Below, piece after piece: positions 48,956 to 59,196 of a stretch of 64,000 nucleotides of DNA (positions within the stretch are counted from its first letter, which is position 1; the number at the start of each line of letters is the position of its first letter). Source of the DNA: Schizochytrium sp. TIO01 (taxonomy: Eukaryota; Protista; Bigyra: Labyrinthulomycetes); contig SMSO01000031.1 of assembly GCA_004764695.1 (NCBI GenBank), forward strand, positions 7,670,761 to 7,734,760, in the 5' to 3' direction. Below the pieces are notes generated by a model that saw only the letters and a list, made by a program, of their open reading frames with translations, had not been told where the DNA came from and did not search any database. A program made the position numbers and the translations under genes.

Positions 48956-49993
48956 ATGAATGACATGAACTACGAGCAGTCTTTGAGCCTTGTTCCATCG
49001 TCTGGAGCAGTGAGCTCACCTTTGCTTCGCAAGATGCAGGCGATGCAACAACAACAACAGCAGCAGCTGCAATCGTCTGTACAAGTCTCTGTTGGCGAAT
49101 GGAAAGGTAAATGTCAAAGTGTCTTGGTCCCTCCGCATGAATGTAGACAACCACGAACGTCAGCGCTTACCGGCAAACTAAGTCGTTCATTTCCAATGCG
49201 GTTCTCCACTAATATTTCTCAGAAGCGCAGTAAGCCAGATGGCTCTGACCGCCGCCTGCAATGGGCTTCATCTGTAGACGATGTCCAGAATGCTTTGGCA
49301 AATGTGAGAAATAGCATGCATGGAGGCATGCAGGGATTTTCTCCTTATATGAACCCGAGATTTCGCAAGCTTAACGCTGGTGTTCCTCGTCGTCTCACCC
49401 TTCATGAAAAGGTGCAGTTGTACACGAACCGTCCTGATCTCGACTTGGCAGGCATTATGCCACGGCTCGAGGCGATTCGGCGCTTGGAACGCATGAACTC
49501 GCTCCCGCCTCACCAGGGAAGCCACACTGAGGATGAAATTGAAGAATGCAAGGACGACGAAGATGAGGAAACCAAAGCTGAGGAGAAGAAAGAAGAGGAT
49601 AGGGAGGATGAAGAGTCAAAGCGCGAAAATCGCATGGAGGAGGACGACGACGATGATGATGTTGATATGAGCCACCGTGGCCCTCAAAACCATGATATTG
49701 AAGAGAAAACTATTGACAAGGATCGGGCGCAACATTCAATGACAGATTCAGATGATGAAGAGTGCAGCCCGAAAGTAGGCATTGACTTTGATGATGATAA
49801 TGACACGGGTGACGAAGAAGATGATAAAGAGCTGGACGAATTTGGAGAGGATCGCTATGAAGTACAACAAAAATCCTCTGGGGCTTCGTATCAAAATACC
49901 AACAGTGCGTTTTTAGCTTTCAAAAAGCAACGATTGCAAAAGCCTCTTTCAAATGGAAACCTTTCATCTCAATTTCGTCTATATTCTAACTGA
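48956..49993 (+). CDS. Uncharacterised, largely disordered protein with an acidic C-terminal half (~345 aa)
   Basis: Long ORF; first in-frame ATG at 48956; polyQ and D/E tracts; no recognised domain. Confidence 0.65.
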   Translation: MNDMNYEQSLSLVPSSGAVSSPLLRKMQAMQQQQQQQLQSSVQVSVGEWKGKCQSVLVPPHECRQPRTSALTGKLSRSFPMRFSTNISQKRSKPDGSDRRLQWASSVDDVQNALANVRNSMHGGMQGFSPYMNPRFRKLNAGVPRRLTLHEKVQLYTNRPDLDLAGIMPRLEAIRRLERMNSLPPHQGSHTEDEIEECKDDEDEETKAEEKKEEDREDEESKRENRMEEDDDDDDVDMSHRGPQNHDIEEKTIDKDRAQHSMTDSDDEECSPKVGIDFDDDNDTGDEEDDKELDEFGEDRYEVQQKSSGASYQNTNSAFLAFKKQRLQKPLSNGNLSSQFRLYSN

Positions 49994-50526
49994 CAACTGA
50001 TTTGTTACACCATTGAAAGACATATTATCATTTGTATATCCACGCTCCAAGTACCCCTAACAGTCTATGCCTTGATGATAGATATAAACTTCTCTTTTTT
50101 AACATTCCTTTTTTTTAACCTGAATATTTCAAGTTTAGAAACCAAACCAAACAAAACATAAAAGTTGGAGAACAACAAACAAAATTGGTTTTGTCTCATC
50201 TAGTTGCTGGACATCTATTTGTCATCTCACTGATTTACATAGAGCCAACTCTTGGAAACACAACACAAGGAAGAACATAAAATGATTTTGTGCTACGTGT
50301 GCAAGCAACACACGGGTGGCATGGACACAGTATAAGTGCGACAAAGTTTGAATGATAGAATGGCTTGACAACAGAAGGAAACCGTAGAATGGCAAGAAAG
50401 GTGAATGTGAGAATGGAAAATTTACGGCCATGCCAATCTTTCGACGTAGGTGCATTGCGTTTTAATGATCAAGGAGATTGAACCTGTAGTTCGTTTCTTC
50501 CGCATGCTCGTCATTTTTGAGACACT

Positions 50527-51549
50527 TTAACGATCCATCTCCTCAGGTTCGGGGGATCCCTTGGCGGTGAGCTGAGCATTGTACTCAGCCTCGGCGAAGG
50601 CAAGGTTGCCCTTGTATTCACCACAGCAGCATGCACATGGATCAGCAATGCAGTTGCCGCTGCAGCACTTGCACATGCAGCATTTGTAGCGGCACTCAGT
50701 GCAGTCACAGCATTTGGGCTTGCTGCAGCATCCGCAGCCTACAATCATGAGAAATTTAGGAACACAATTGTACATTGAACATATGTACCTGTTAGTAACT
50801 CAATTTTCATTCTTCGTTTTGAAGACCGTCGCTGTCATTATGAAAGTGTTGTCATTAGAACTTACAGCATTTGCTCGGGTCGTTGAAGCTAAAGTTGGAG
50901 GACTCGCCAGCGCGGCCTGTATTTCAAAACATAGTAAAAGAAAGAATAATGAGATATATACGCAGAGGGCGAAGATCAACCATCAATCAACACAGAATGC
51001 AACACACAAAAAATATTAGTCGTCACCTTTGAACACTCAATTAGCAAAAGCATATTAGAAACGTACAGCACATGATATCGCAGCATTTTCCACAGCATCC
51101 GCGGTCACAGCAGTCCGGAATGCAATCCACGTAACAGCAGCCACAGCAGCACTGTGAAATCGAAAAATCACCAGGTCCGGATTCGATGAAGATGTCTCAT
51201 CTCATTGTTAGTGTAAAAGTTCTATAAAGTTATAGAGATTGTTAATCTGCCCCGTATACAATTCAACTCTACTTCAAGTGTCGGTTTCTTCCCTCGACCA
51301 CCGCACCATGGGCTTGAACGGGAAGAGGAGACGAGTTTCTTGCTTCCTCGCACTAACTCAATAAGAAACGCTCTGCCTCGGGTTTCTTCTGCTATAGCCT
51401 ACTAGCACATAGCTTGAGCACTCTTCTTATGGTGGGAGCAACAAACGGGGCGATCGCAGTCACGAGCGAAACAGCATTTTATGCCGGAAGGCTTTGGGAC
51501 CTGCGGCGTTACGACCTGAATTGTCCATTGGTAAACTTACGACAGTCAT
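50527..51549 (-). CDS. Small cysteine-rich protein (118 aa, 33 Cys), metallothionein-like or palmitoylation-tract type; exons 51549-51541, 51151-51067, 50916-50866, 50738-50527
   Basis: Three canonical introns (GTAAGT...CAG, GTACGT...CAG, GTAAGT...TAG) with compatible phases 0, 1, 1 give MTVCCCGCCYVDCIPDCCDRGCCGKCCDIMCCRAGESSNFSFNDPSKCCCGCCSKPKCCDCTECRYKCCMCKCCSGNCIADPCACCCGEYKGNLAFAEAEYNAQLTAKGSPEPEEMDR. Confidence 0.8.
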
Positions 51550-53002
51550 CTTAGCAAGACAAGTTTAGGTTCGGCGAGCGCAACGAGCTTCAAAGCGAGC
51601 AGGGCTGCGAAGATGGGCGGGCTCGTGCACAATACAGTTCTACGCGACGCCGCAGCACGTGCATGAATAATCCCTTCCTATCCCCTTGCAAATTATAACA
51701 AATCCAGCACAATACCCAATTCGTTAGTCTTTAAATGCCGCAAAGGTGTGGTTGGGGGCAGAACAGGACTGTGCACCTTTACAGGGAAAGAGGGGAGGGT
51801 ATCTAGATGGGGTGCCTGGTACTATAGTTTGTGGTAGACCCGGGCTTATGAAACGCAGTCATGGTCGAGGCCTAGCAAGAGTTGGGCCAGGAAAGAAAAT
51901 ATAGGCCAAGGTTATGTACCTGAAAGCTACATAGTACAACCAGACAGCAGGGGCGGATGCAGACGTGCGAATTGTCTAAACCACAATGTGAATTGTGGCG
52001 ATTACGATTACGGGTCCTTCTGACCATAGTTAGAAGAGCACGAACATTCTTTGATACCTTGAAGAATGCGCTGGGCCATTTTCTTTTTGTAGAATGCTAC
52101 GAAACATGTGATCGGTCTTGTCCCTCCCATACAGTCTGACAATTCAAGCATAGCTCAATGCTGGGTGCCCTTGATTAGGAAGGGAAGAGGATGAAGATGA
52201 AGAAGGTTGTGGCGGCGGGATTTCATGAATAATGGTCAGGTATCATGAATGTGAATATAGAAACAATTGATTCGATTTGTAAAGTTGCAGGCTTTAAATT
52301 GCTTCATGAAATTCAAAAACATGTAAATTTTACACAACATACTATTGTTCATGTTCTAAGTTGGCACCCCGCTTTGAGTAAAGCAAGTTTATCTTACCAG
52401 AATATGTTATGCGCTACGACCTCAGACAACCCAGAGTTTAATTAATAGTGTACATTCTTTTGCATACAATTTACCCAAAAGCCCTTTTATACCAAGTACC
52501 TGATGCAAAACATATGCCCCACCTCTGAATAAGGCTTGTCGCAGCACCTTCCTCCTACCACCTACAATGATTGTAGGAAAATGGAATAAGATATTATCTA
52601 TAGGCCTACTATTCATAATACCAGGTAGTAGTTTGTCTTCAACGGCTATATCTCCTTTCAATGTGGGATGGGATAATGCGGACTGCACAGGCAGTCCATG
52701 ACAATTCAGTGTAGCTCTTGGCGAGGCGTAACGCAAGGCAAAGGCAAGGACGCTAACTTGCAGCGACTCTTGCAAAGGCGGATGGCGCGGGCTGAGTAGA
52801 TGAGTTGGACCATCTTCCTTTACGTTGCACCACGAGGTGCAGCTGAGAGTTTGCTAAGCCAGTCAAGTTTGAAGGCCATAAGAAGCCCCAAAACAGTTTC
52901 AATTCGAAGTGGCCTACTTCCAGGGCTGCTTGACTCTCGCTGAGCTGTGCAGAAAAGCTCAGTATAATACAGATTTAATATTTTGGCCACGAGAGCGCGA
53001 AC

Positions 53003-54004
53003 ATGCCTGATGATGGAGATGGGCAGACGTCAGGATGCTTGGAAAAGAAACGGGTGACAAGCGTGCTGCGGTTTTTGCTCTCGCTGCAGTTTTTTGCGTC
53101 TCTTGTGTTAGCAATCCTTGGGCTTATATTGGCCGCAGACTCCTATGTCATTGATGGCCTTGGAAAAATGCCTTCTACAACAGGAGGCTTTGTTGTCTTT
53201 GTTAGTTTGGGACAGATGGTATCATGCACATGTGGCCGCTTTGGAACTCGAACACACAACAAATTTTGTCTTTTGATTTATATGATAGCCCAGCTGACAG
53301 GCACAATCTTCATTGCGATTTTAGTATCTGCAACAATAAACTGGGCAACGGATGACTACGATTCAAGTTTACAAGTGGCGTGTGCGAAACAAGGAATTAA
53401 TAGCACATGTTCTGAGTTCTTAAATGATGATAAACGAATGCGAATGCGTAAATTATGGCGTGATTTGTTTGCCGAGACAGAGCTGCAGCTTGAAAACTCG
53501 CGAAGTGCCAAGTCGGTTTTGCAATCTATTCAAACTGATGGACGTTGTTGTGGATTTGATCCACCATATGCATGCCAGTATGGTTCTGCAACTCAAAAAT
53601 TTGTTGATGCTGATTATTTGCAAGGAAGCTCCGTTGTCCCCGATAGATGTGGTATGCAATCACAGTGGTATTTTCCAACCGAGGAATGCAGCGTGGAAGG
53701 AACCATGACAAACGGCACATCATACCAAGCAGGATGCCCGTACTTTTTACCTGGAGGATCTTGTATGTACTATGACTTTACCAATGGTTGCGTTTATCAA
53801 ATGCGAATATACTTATTGGAGCGTTGTTTGCCGATATTAGATGGAATTGATGTCCTTGCATCTTTTAGTATTGTGACTTCAGTGTTCACATTCATTTTAT
53901 TCATGAAGCGCAAAGACAACGATGTTGTTCCTACAGCTTATGTAGTAGCCCACCGTCCATCGAAGTTTACGACAGGCAAAGCTCAAAAGGTCCAGCCCAA
54001 GTAA
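53003..54004 (+). CDS. Tetraspanin-family protein
   Basis: Three N-terminal hydrophobic helices, a large Cys-rich loop containing CCG (GRCCGFDPP), and a fourth TM helix near the C-terminus. Confidence 0.85.
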   Translation: MPDDGDGQTSGCLEKKRVTSVLRFLLSLQFFASLVLAILGLILAADSYVIDGLGKMPSTTGGFVVFVSLGQMVSCTCGRFGTRTHNKFCLLIYMIAQLTGTIFIAILVSATINWATDDYDSSLQVACAKQGINSTCSEFLNDDKRMRMRKLWRDLFAETELQLENSRSAKSVLQSIQTDGRCCGFDPPYACQYGSATQKFVDADYLQGSSVVPDRCGMQSQWYFPTEECSVEGTMTNGTSYQAGCPYFLPGGSCMYYDFTNGCVYQMRIYLLERCLPILDGIDVLASFSIVTSVFTFILFMKRKDNDVVPTAYVVAHRPSKFTTGKAQKVQPK

Positions 54005-54561
54005 GCGTTTCATATGATTAAAGCTTTGGTGATCAAGTTCCGAATTGCACCGTTGCGACATATATTGTATTGCTTTTCTTGAAGCTCACCTGCAGAACAA
54101 TAATAAATTCCACCAATTGATGCATATATATATTTTTTATTTTTTTTTGGAACCATTTTCCAAGGTTATTCTTTCTTTTGAGTGTCTCGATGAGAGCAAA
54201 GGAGAGGTTGAAATTGAAATTGCTAAAACAGCTTTAAAAGCATTAAACAATGAAATGAGCCAGCTGAGAAGCTGAAATGTTGTAAAATCAGAATGCACTG
54301 GAGTTTGGTTCCTTTTGCTTGTCTTTTCTTATTCACTCTTCAAATTTGGAGGGAATTCAATACATGCGTTGCTTGTTTTCTTTTTCTTTCTATTTATGAG
54401 GCTCCGCGAGGGCGCCAGCTGCAGCTCTGACTGGCTATGGCATGGCTAAGTGCAACGTAATGAATGGAGAGGAATAACGTGCACAGCAGAGCGAGCTAGT
54501 TATATTTGTAAAGGAAAGGAAATGATCGAAAAATCTGAGATTGAGACCTCTGTGCCCCTAA

Positions 54562-56067
54562 TTAGTATGTGGTAAAAAAGTCCCGAAGAGCATCAAGGAC
54601 TTGAGACCGTTCTGATATTACAGCGTAAAACTCATACATATGGGGGTCCGCAGAGGTCGAGGAGAGCATGATACGGTTGCTCGTATCGTGATCTTGAACA
54701 AGCGATACATGGGAGGGAATCATTCCGTCCTGAGGGTGACCAAGAATCAATTTTCGGTTATGCGGGAGGGTCTTCCACGCGGGACCTACATCCATATCCC
54801 ATCCCAAAAAGCGGACCAGACGCAGAGCAAATGAGTTCAGACGATTTTGCTTGCCAAGGAATGCACCGAGAGCAGCGATGAATACTGTGTATTCCCATGC
54901 AGGCCCAACGATGCTACTGATCATGAGAAGCAGAGTTGTGCAGGCAAAGGTTCGCAGACCAAGAATACCGTATGTAATTACCTTTTTCATATTCGGCGAT
55001 GATTTCCGTGCTTTCTCGTCTAAAGGCCACGTAGGAGACACTGACCTGTTGAGGCTAGTCACGACCAATGCTGCAATGCCAAGTGCAGTCAGTGCTGAGA
55101 GACCCGGAATAACGGGCAGGTCCACGCCAAGTCCCAACCTGATAATTGAAAATGTTACAATTGCACCGTCCAAAAACAGAAATCCACCAATAGGGGTCAT
55201 ATCAAAGTCCTCTCCGAGTTTGTCCTTAACAACATCAGCCAGAGAATAGAAGGTCCGATCAGCAAGTACAAACGGCAGGCTCTCTTGCGCAGAAGATTGG
55301 GAAGTGGCCTGGGTCGGGTCCAAAGAATTTGACCTCGGCTCATTAGACCTTGGTAGCAAACCCACATTACCATTAATATTACGCTTACGGGCTAAGGCTG
55401 CGGCCGCCAGGACTGCTGCTGCACCACCGATGGAGTGGCCATGCAGAATAATGTTGTCATAGGTTGCCCCATGCTCTTTGCAAAGCCACTCAACCACTGC
55501 AATACCATCCTCAACAAGGTCATTTCCGCACGAGGTACGTCCGGTACTTGCCCCAACACCCTTGTAGTTTACGAACACCATATGGCAAGGGTGGCGAATG
55601 ATTTGCTGAACGTCACAAGCAATGCCGAGCTTCTCTTCATAGCACACCCCGTTAGCATTCAGCTGGACGTAGAATTTGCGGCATGACGCATTGGGGTGGC
55701 GTAGGAGGATTCCATCTAGTTTCTCGCTGCCATTTTGGCCAGTAGGAACGCTAATGCGCGAGGCATTTTTGACTTCCTTCAAAAATTGTTCACGATTGGC
55801 TTCGATATCTTTCTGACGCATTACATATACAATTTGCGAGGGCAAAAACAGCATGCTTAAAATAAATCTCCAGCCGTAGTAGTTTGCAAGGCCCGCCAAA
55901 GTCGCTACAGCGCCCGCAGAGCCTGCTTTTGACACAAGTGTCGCAAATGGGAGACCACCGTTGATGTTCTTTTCCCCAAGCTCGGCGGCCATATCGGCAG
56001 CCATATCAGCGACTTTGGAGGCTTGAATTCCTGCGCCTTGCCGGGCGCCTTCGACTGCGTCAGCCAT
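54562..56067 (-). CDS. Membrane-associated alpha/beta-hydrolase (ABHD13/16/17- or DUF818-like)
   Basis: NYKGVGASTG, nucleophile elbow ILHGHSIGG, VLADRTFYSL, putative Asp (HPQDGMIP) and His (DPHM). Confidence 0.8.
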   Translation of the reverse strand: MADAVEGARQGAGIQASKVADMAADMAAELGEKNINGGLPFATLVSKAGSAGAVATLAGLANYYGWRFILSMLFLPSQIVYVMRQKDIEANREQFLKEVKNASRISVPTGQNGSEKLDGILLRHPNASCRKFYVQLNANGVCYEEKLGIACDVQQIIRHPCHMVFVNYKGVGASTGRTSCGNDLVEDGIAVVEWLCKEHGATYDNIILHGHSIGGAAAVLAAAALARKRNINGNVGLLPRSNEPRSNSLDPTQATSQSSAQESLPFVLADRTFYSLADVVKDKLGEDFDMTPIGGFLFLDGAIVTFSIIRLGLGVDLPVIPGLSALTALGIAALVVTSLNRSVSPTWPLDEKARKSSPNMKKVITYGILGLRTFACTTLLLMISSIVGPAWEYTVFIAALGAFLGKQNRLNSFALRLVRFLGWDMDVGPAWKTLPHNRKLILGHPQDGMIPSHVSLVQDHDTSNRIMLSSTSADPHMYEFYAVISERSQVLDALRDFFTTY

Positions 56068-57451
56068 AATATCTAACTATATTCTACCTGAGATTCCACG
56101 ACTGCAGACTTCGCTTGTTCAGGCCTTCGAAGCTTCTTTCTTGGTGGTTGCCGATCTCGAGAATGTAAAGGTTTCTGAGGGATGCTGCGCTGCACCTGGA
56201 GTCGATTTAGCACACTCTGAGCTCAGAGTAGAGCAGAGAATCGAAACAGACGACTAATCCTGAGCCAAGGCACACAGCCTTACAGGGTTTCAAGCTCGTA
56301 ACAGCAACGAAGAAGAAAAAAGGATACTGAAGGCGCCCTCCCAGCAGCTGGAAGAGGGTCCCGGGCAGAGGCCCAAAAGCCAAAAGGTTTTTACTCGTCT
56401 AATCTTGCTAGTCATCCCTGGTGTGTTAGTGTAGTAGTCGTCTAGGCACGGAGCTTTCAGTATTAACTTCTGTCATCGTATTGCAGCGACCTTACTTTAC
56501 TTTGCATTAGCAGGTAGGTAATTACCGCAATTGGAAATGTACTTGAGAAAGGCCAAAACGAGAGAGGGTAGGCACCTAGAATGCTCTGCATCATAGAGTT
56601 GCTAGTGAAGGCAGAAACAACGAAATTAGGACGAAAGGAGAGGGTGTTGATAAACGGAATGGGAGTGTGTGAATCTCTTCTTATTTCTCCTAGCAGGTAG
56701 GCCTTTCAACATGCATAGAGGAATAAGCTTGAAAATAAGTAAACCCTGGAGTACAATCTTATACTTGCATAAAAGTTGGCCGATGCTGAATTTCCATTGG
56801 CAATTAACTTGGGAAGTGTTGAAAGAGTATCTCACGCTTTGTTTTAAGGAGTTATTTCCCCAAAACCTCAGTAAAGTAGTAAAGTCAAATTAGATAGAAA
56901 TCGTGCTAAAAATTTCTATCAACATTTGCAAGAGTTTAGTCTTAATTCGTTTGATGAGATCACCGTCTAGATAAATAAAATCCAATTTGCTGCAACTTTT
57001 GTAAATTTTACAGAGCATGGCTTTTTAATAGAAGTCAGATAATTGATAGATGACTTGAGACACGTTTTGCTTTGTTTTGTTTTGTTTCTTGTTTTTCGTT
57101 GCGTGCAAATCTTCAATGCCCTCAATCGCCAAAGCGACTATAGTTTTCAGTTCTCATGGCCACAACCAAATTTCCTTTGCAGTAGAATTCCCACCAACTC
57201 TGTGGATGAATGATCAACATTCTTCACCGCCATGACTGTTTGTCATCTTCTCCTTTAATCCTAAACCTCTGATCTGGGCGCAAGAATGCCGCTTGATTTA
57301 CGAAACCAGAAGGCACTACAGGCTGTGCTACCTTGGTTCTTTTCATTTAGATCTACATAAAAAGTAAAGATCATCGATTAAAAAAAGTATTTTTAATTTG
57401 CAGATTTACCTCGTTTATTTGTTTTGGTCTTGCCCAGAATCCCCGTTCACG

Positions 57452-58537
57452 ATGCGGTTCTTTCTTTCCAGAGCTGTCCAAGCCCGCTGCCTAGGATCGC
57501 CTCGAACCCCTCCTCTGGCTTCCTCATCTGGTCCTCATCACGTCAACTCTGTTCCTTTTGTCCCTTACTTCACGTCTTTCTGTGGCGTCCACCGAATTCC
57601 TCGTTCCCTTCAAAATCCTTTGTTTTTGCAAACCCAGTTCCGTTTGTGCTCTTCGAAGCTTTCCGAGTCTTGGCAACCTTCTTCTGCGATGACTTCAAAC
57701 GATACTTCTTCATCTTCGTCCTGTGCCGCAGACTCTGCTGAGGTCTTGGATGCCTCAAAAGTCTCTGATGACGCCACAGTTGGCCAAACTCAGGGCCCTG
57801 AATCCTCGTCTCCGTCAGAGGCTGAGGTCGATGCCGCGGCTCGTAAGCTTCTGGAAGACCTCGGCGTGGACGAGTCTGGGGCGCAGAACGATGAAGGAAC
57901 CACAAGTCAAACTCTGGACGCCGCGGAGGTACCTCGTTTCTACGTCATCGTGCACAATGTGGCTAAAAAGAACAACATCGGCATGCTGATGAGGTCCGCA
58001 GGCGCCTTCGGGGTCAAGGAGATCCTCGTGGTGGGTCACCGCAACAACGTGCAATTCTTCGGCGCCCAGGGGTCGCTCAACCGCGTCCGCGTGACATTCC
58101 TCACGTCGCTGCAGGAGGCAGTCGACTTGGTTCGCGCCCAGAACTGCCACATCTACGGCATTGAGATCAAGGACGAGGCCGCTTCCGTTGTGGACGAGCC
58201 CTTCGTGGCTGGCAAGAACGCTGCTTTCTTGCTTGGCAACGAAGGTATTGGCCTTACCGCCGGCCAGTGTCGAGCCTGCGACAGTTTTGTGTACATACCA
58301 CATTATGGTGATGCCACGGAATCGCTCAATGTCACCATGGCTGGAACAGTCATTTTCCACCGATTTGCTGCATGGGCGAAATATCCTGAACACACACGAA
58401 GCGGCGAGAAGTTTCATGTCAAGAGCACCGTAGAGAAGCGTGGAATTGCCAATCTCGAGGATGCTCGCAAACATGTTGTCAGGAACTGGAAGCGGATTAA
58501 GCTCGACGAGAAGGCGTCTATTGAGAAGGCCGAATGA
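57452..58537 (+). CDS. SpoU/TrmH-family tRNA/rRNA 2'-O-methyltransferase
   Basis: VHNVAKKNNIGMLMRSAGAFG, FLLGNEGIGL and VYIPHYG..ESLNV motifs; first in-frame ATG at 57452. Confidence 0.9.
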   Translation: MRFFLSRAVQARCLGSPRTPPLASSSGPHHVNSVPFVPYFTSFCGVHRIPRSLQNPLFLQTQFRLCSSKLSESWQPSSAMTSNDTSSSSSCAADSAEVLDASKVSDDATVGQTQGPESSSPSEAEVDAAARKLLEDLGVDESGAQNDEGTTSQTLDAAEVPRFYVIVHNVAKKNNIGMLMRSAGAFGVKEILVVGHRNNVQFFGAQGSLNRVRVTFLTSLQEAVDLVRAQNCHIYGIEIKDEAASVVDEPFVAGKNAAFLLGNEGIGLTAGQCRACDSFVYIPHYGDATESLNVTMAGTVIFHRFAAWAKYPEHTRSGEKFHVKSTVEKRGIANLEDARKHVVRNWKRIKLDEKASIEKAE

Positions 58538-59196
58538 ATAAAATCATGCTTGATCTCAGTTTTTAGTCACTCCTTTCGGCTCTCTTGGTGGCTGGAGTTC
58601 GACTCCTTGCTGCTCTAGTGAATTGGTATATCATAATACGGCTGGCTGCTGGCTATGTATGTTTGTTTGTCTGTTTCACAGTGCTTGGAATATCTCGTAG
58701 AAATGAGCATATGGGGAAGTGGATTGTGAACGAAAACGGTGAAAATGTCTAAACAAAGTCACTTTGTGTTGTTTGTTTAACGTGGGGAGTTTAGAATTAA
58801 TTATTGATATCTAGTGCGTTGAGATACTGACTGGCCATAAGCACATATAAGCAGAAACAACAAATATCACAGAAATCACAAAATCTATAGAAACCAGGAA
58901 TCTGTTCCTAGCGAGTTTGATTATTTGAGTATCTAAGAGTAATTACATGATCAAGGGAGCGAAAACCTTTAAAAGGAGCATTCTACTACTTTGTTTGGAG
59001 CAACAAACGCTGGAGAAAGCAGTAGCAGACCCACACATTCAAACATAGATACGTCTTTTATATCAAGTAACTTTTTTCTTTTTTTTTTTAGGGCGTTGCC
59101 CTAACAATGATAACCTGCCTAAACAAAAATCAATGAATAAAATAACAACAGCATCAACAGTATAAACAACAACAAATTGAGCGTGAATAAACTGGT

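Noticed and set aside
52422-52775. 117-aa minus-strand ORF between the Cys-rich gene and the tetraspanin
   Set aside because: TTG start, no motifs, and it lies in a divergent promoter region.
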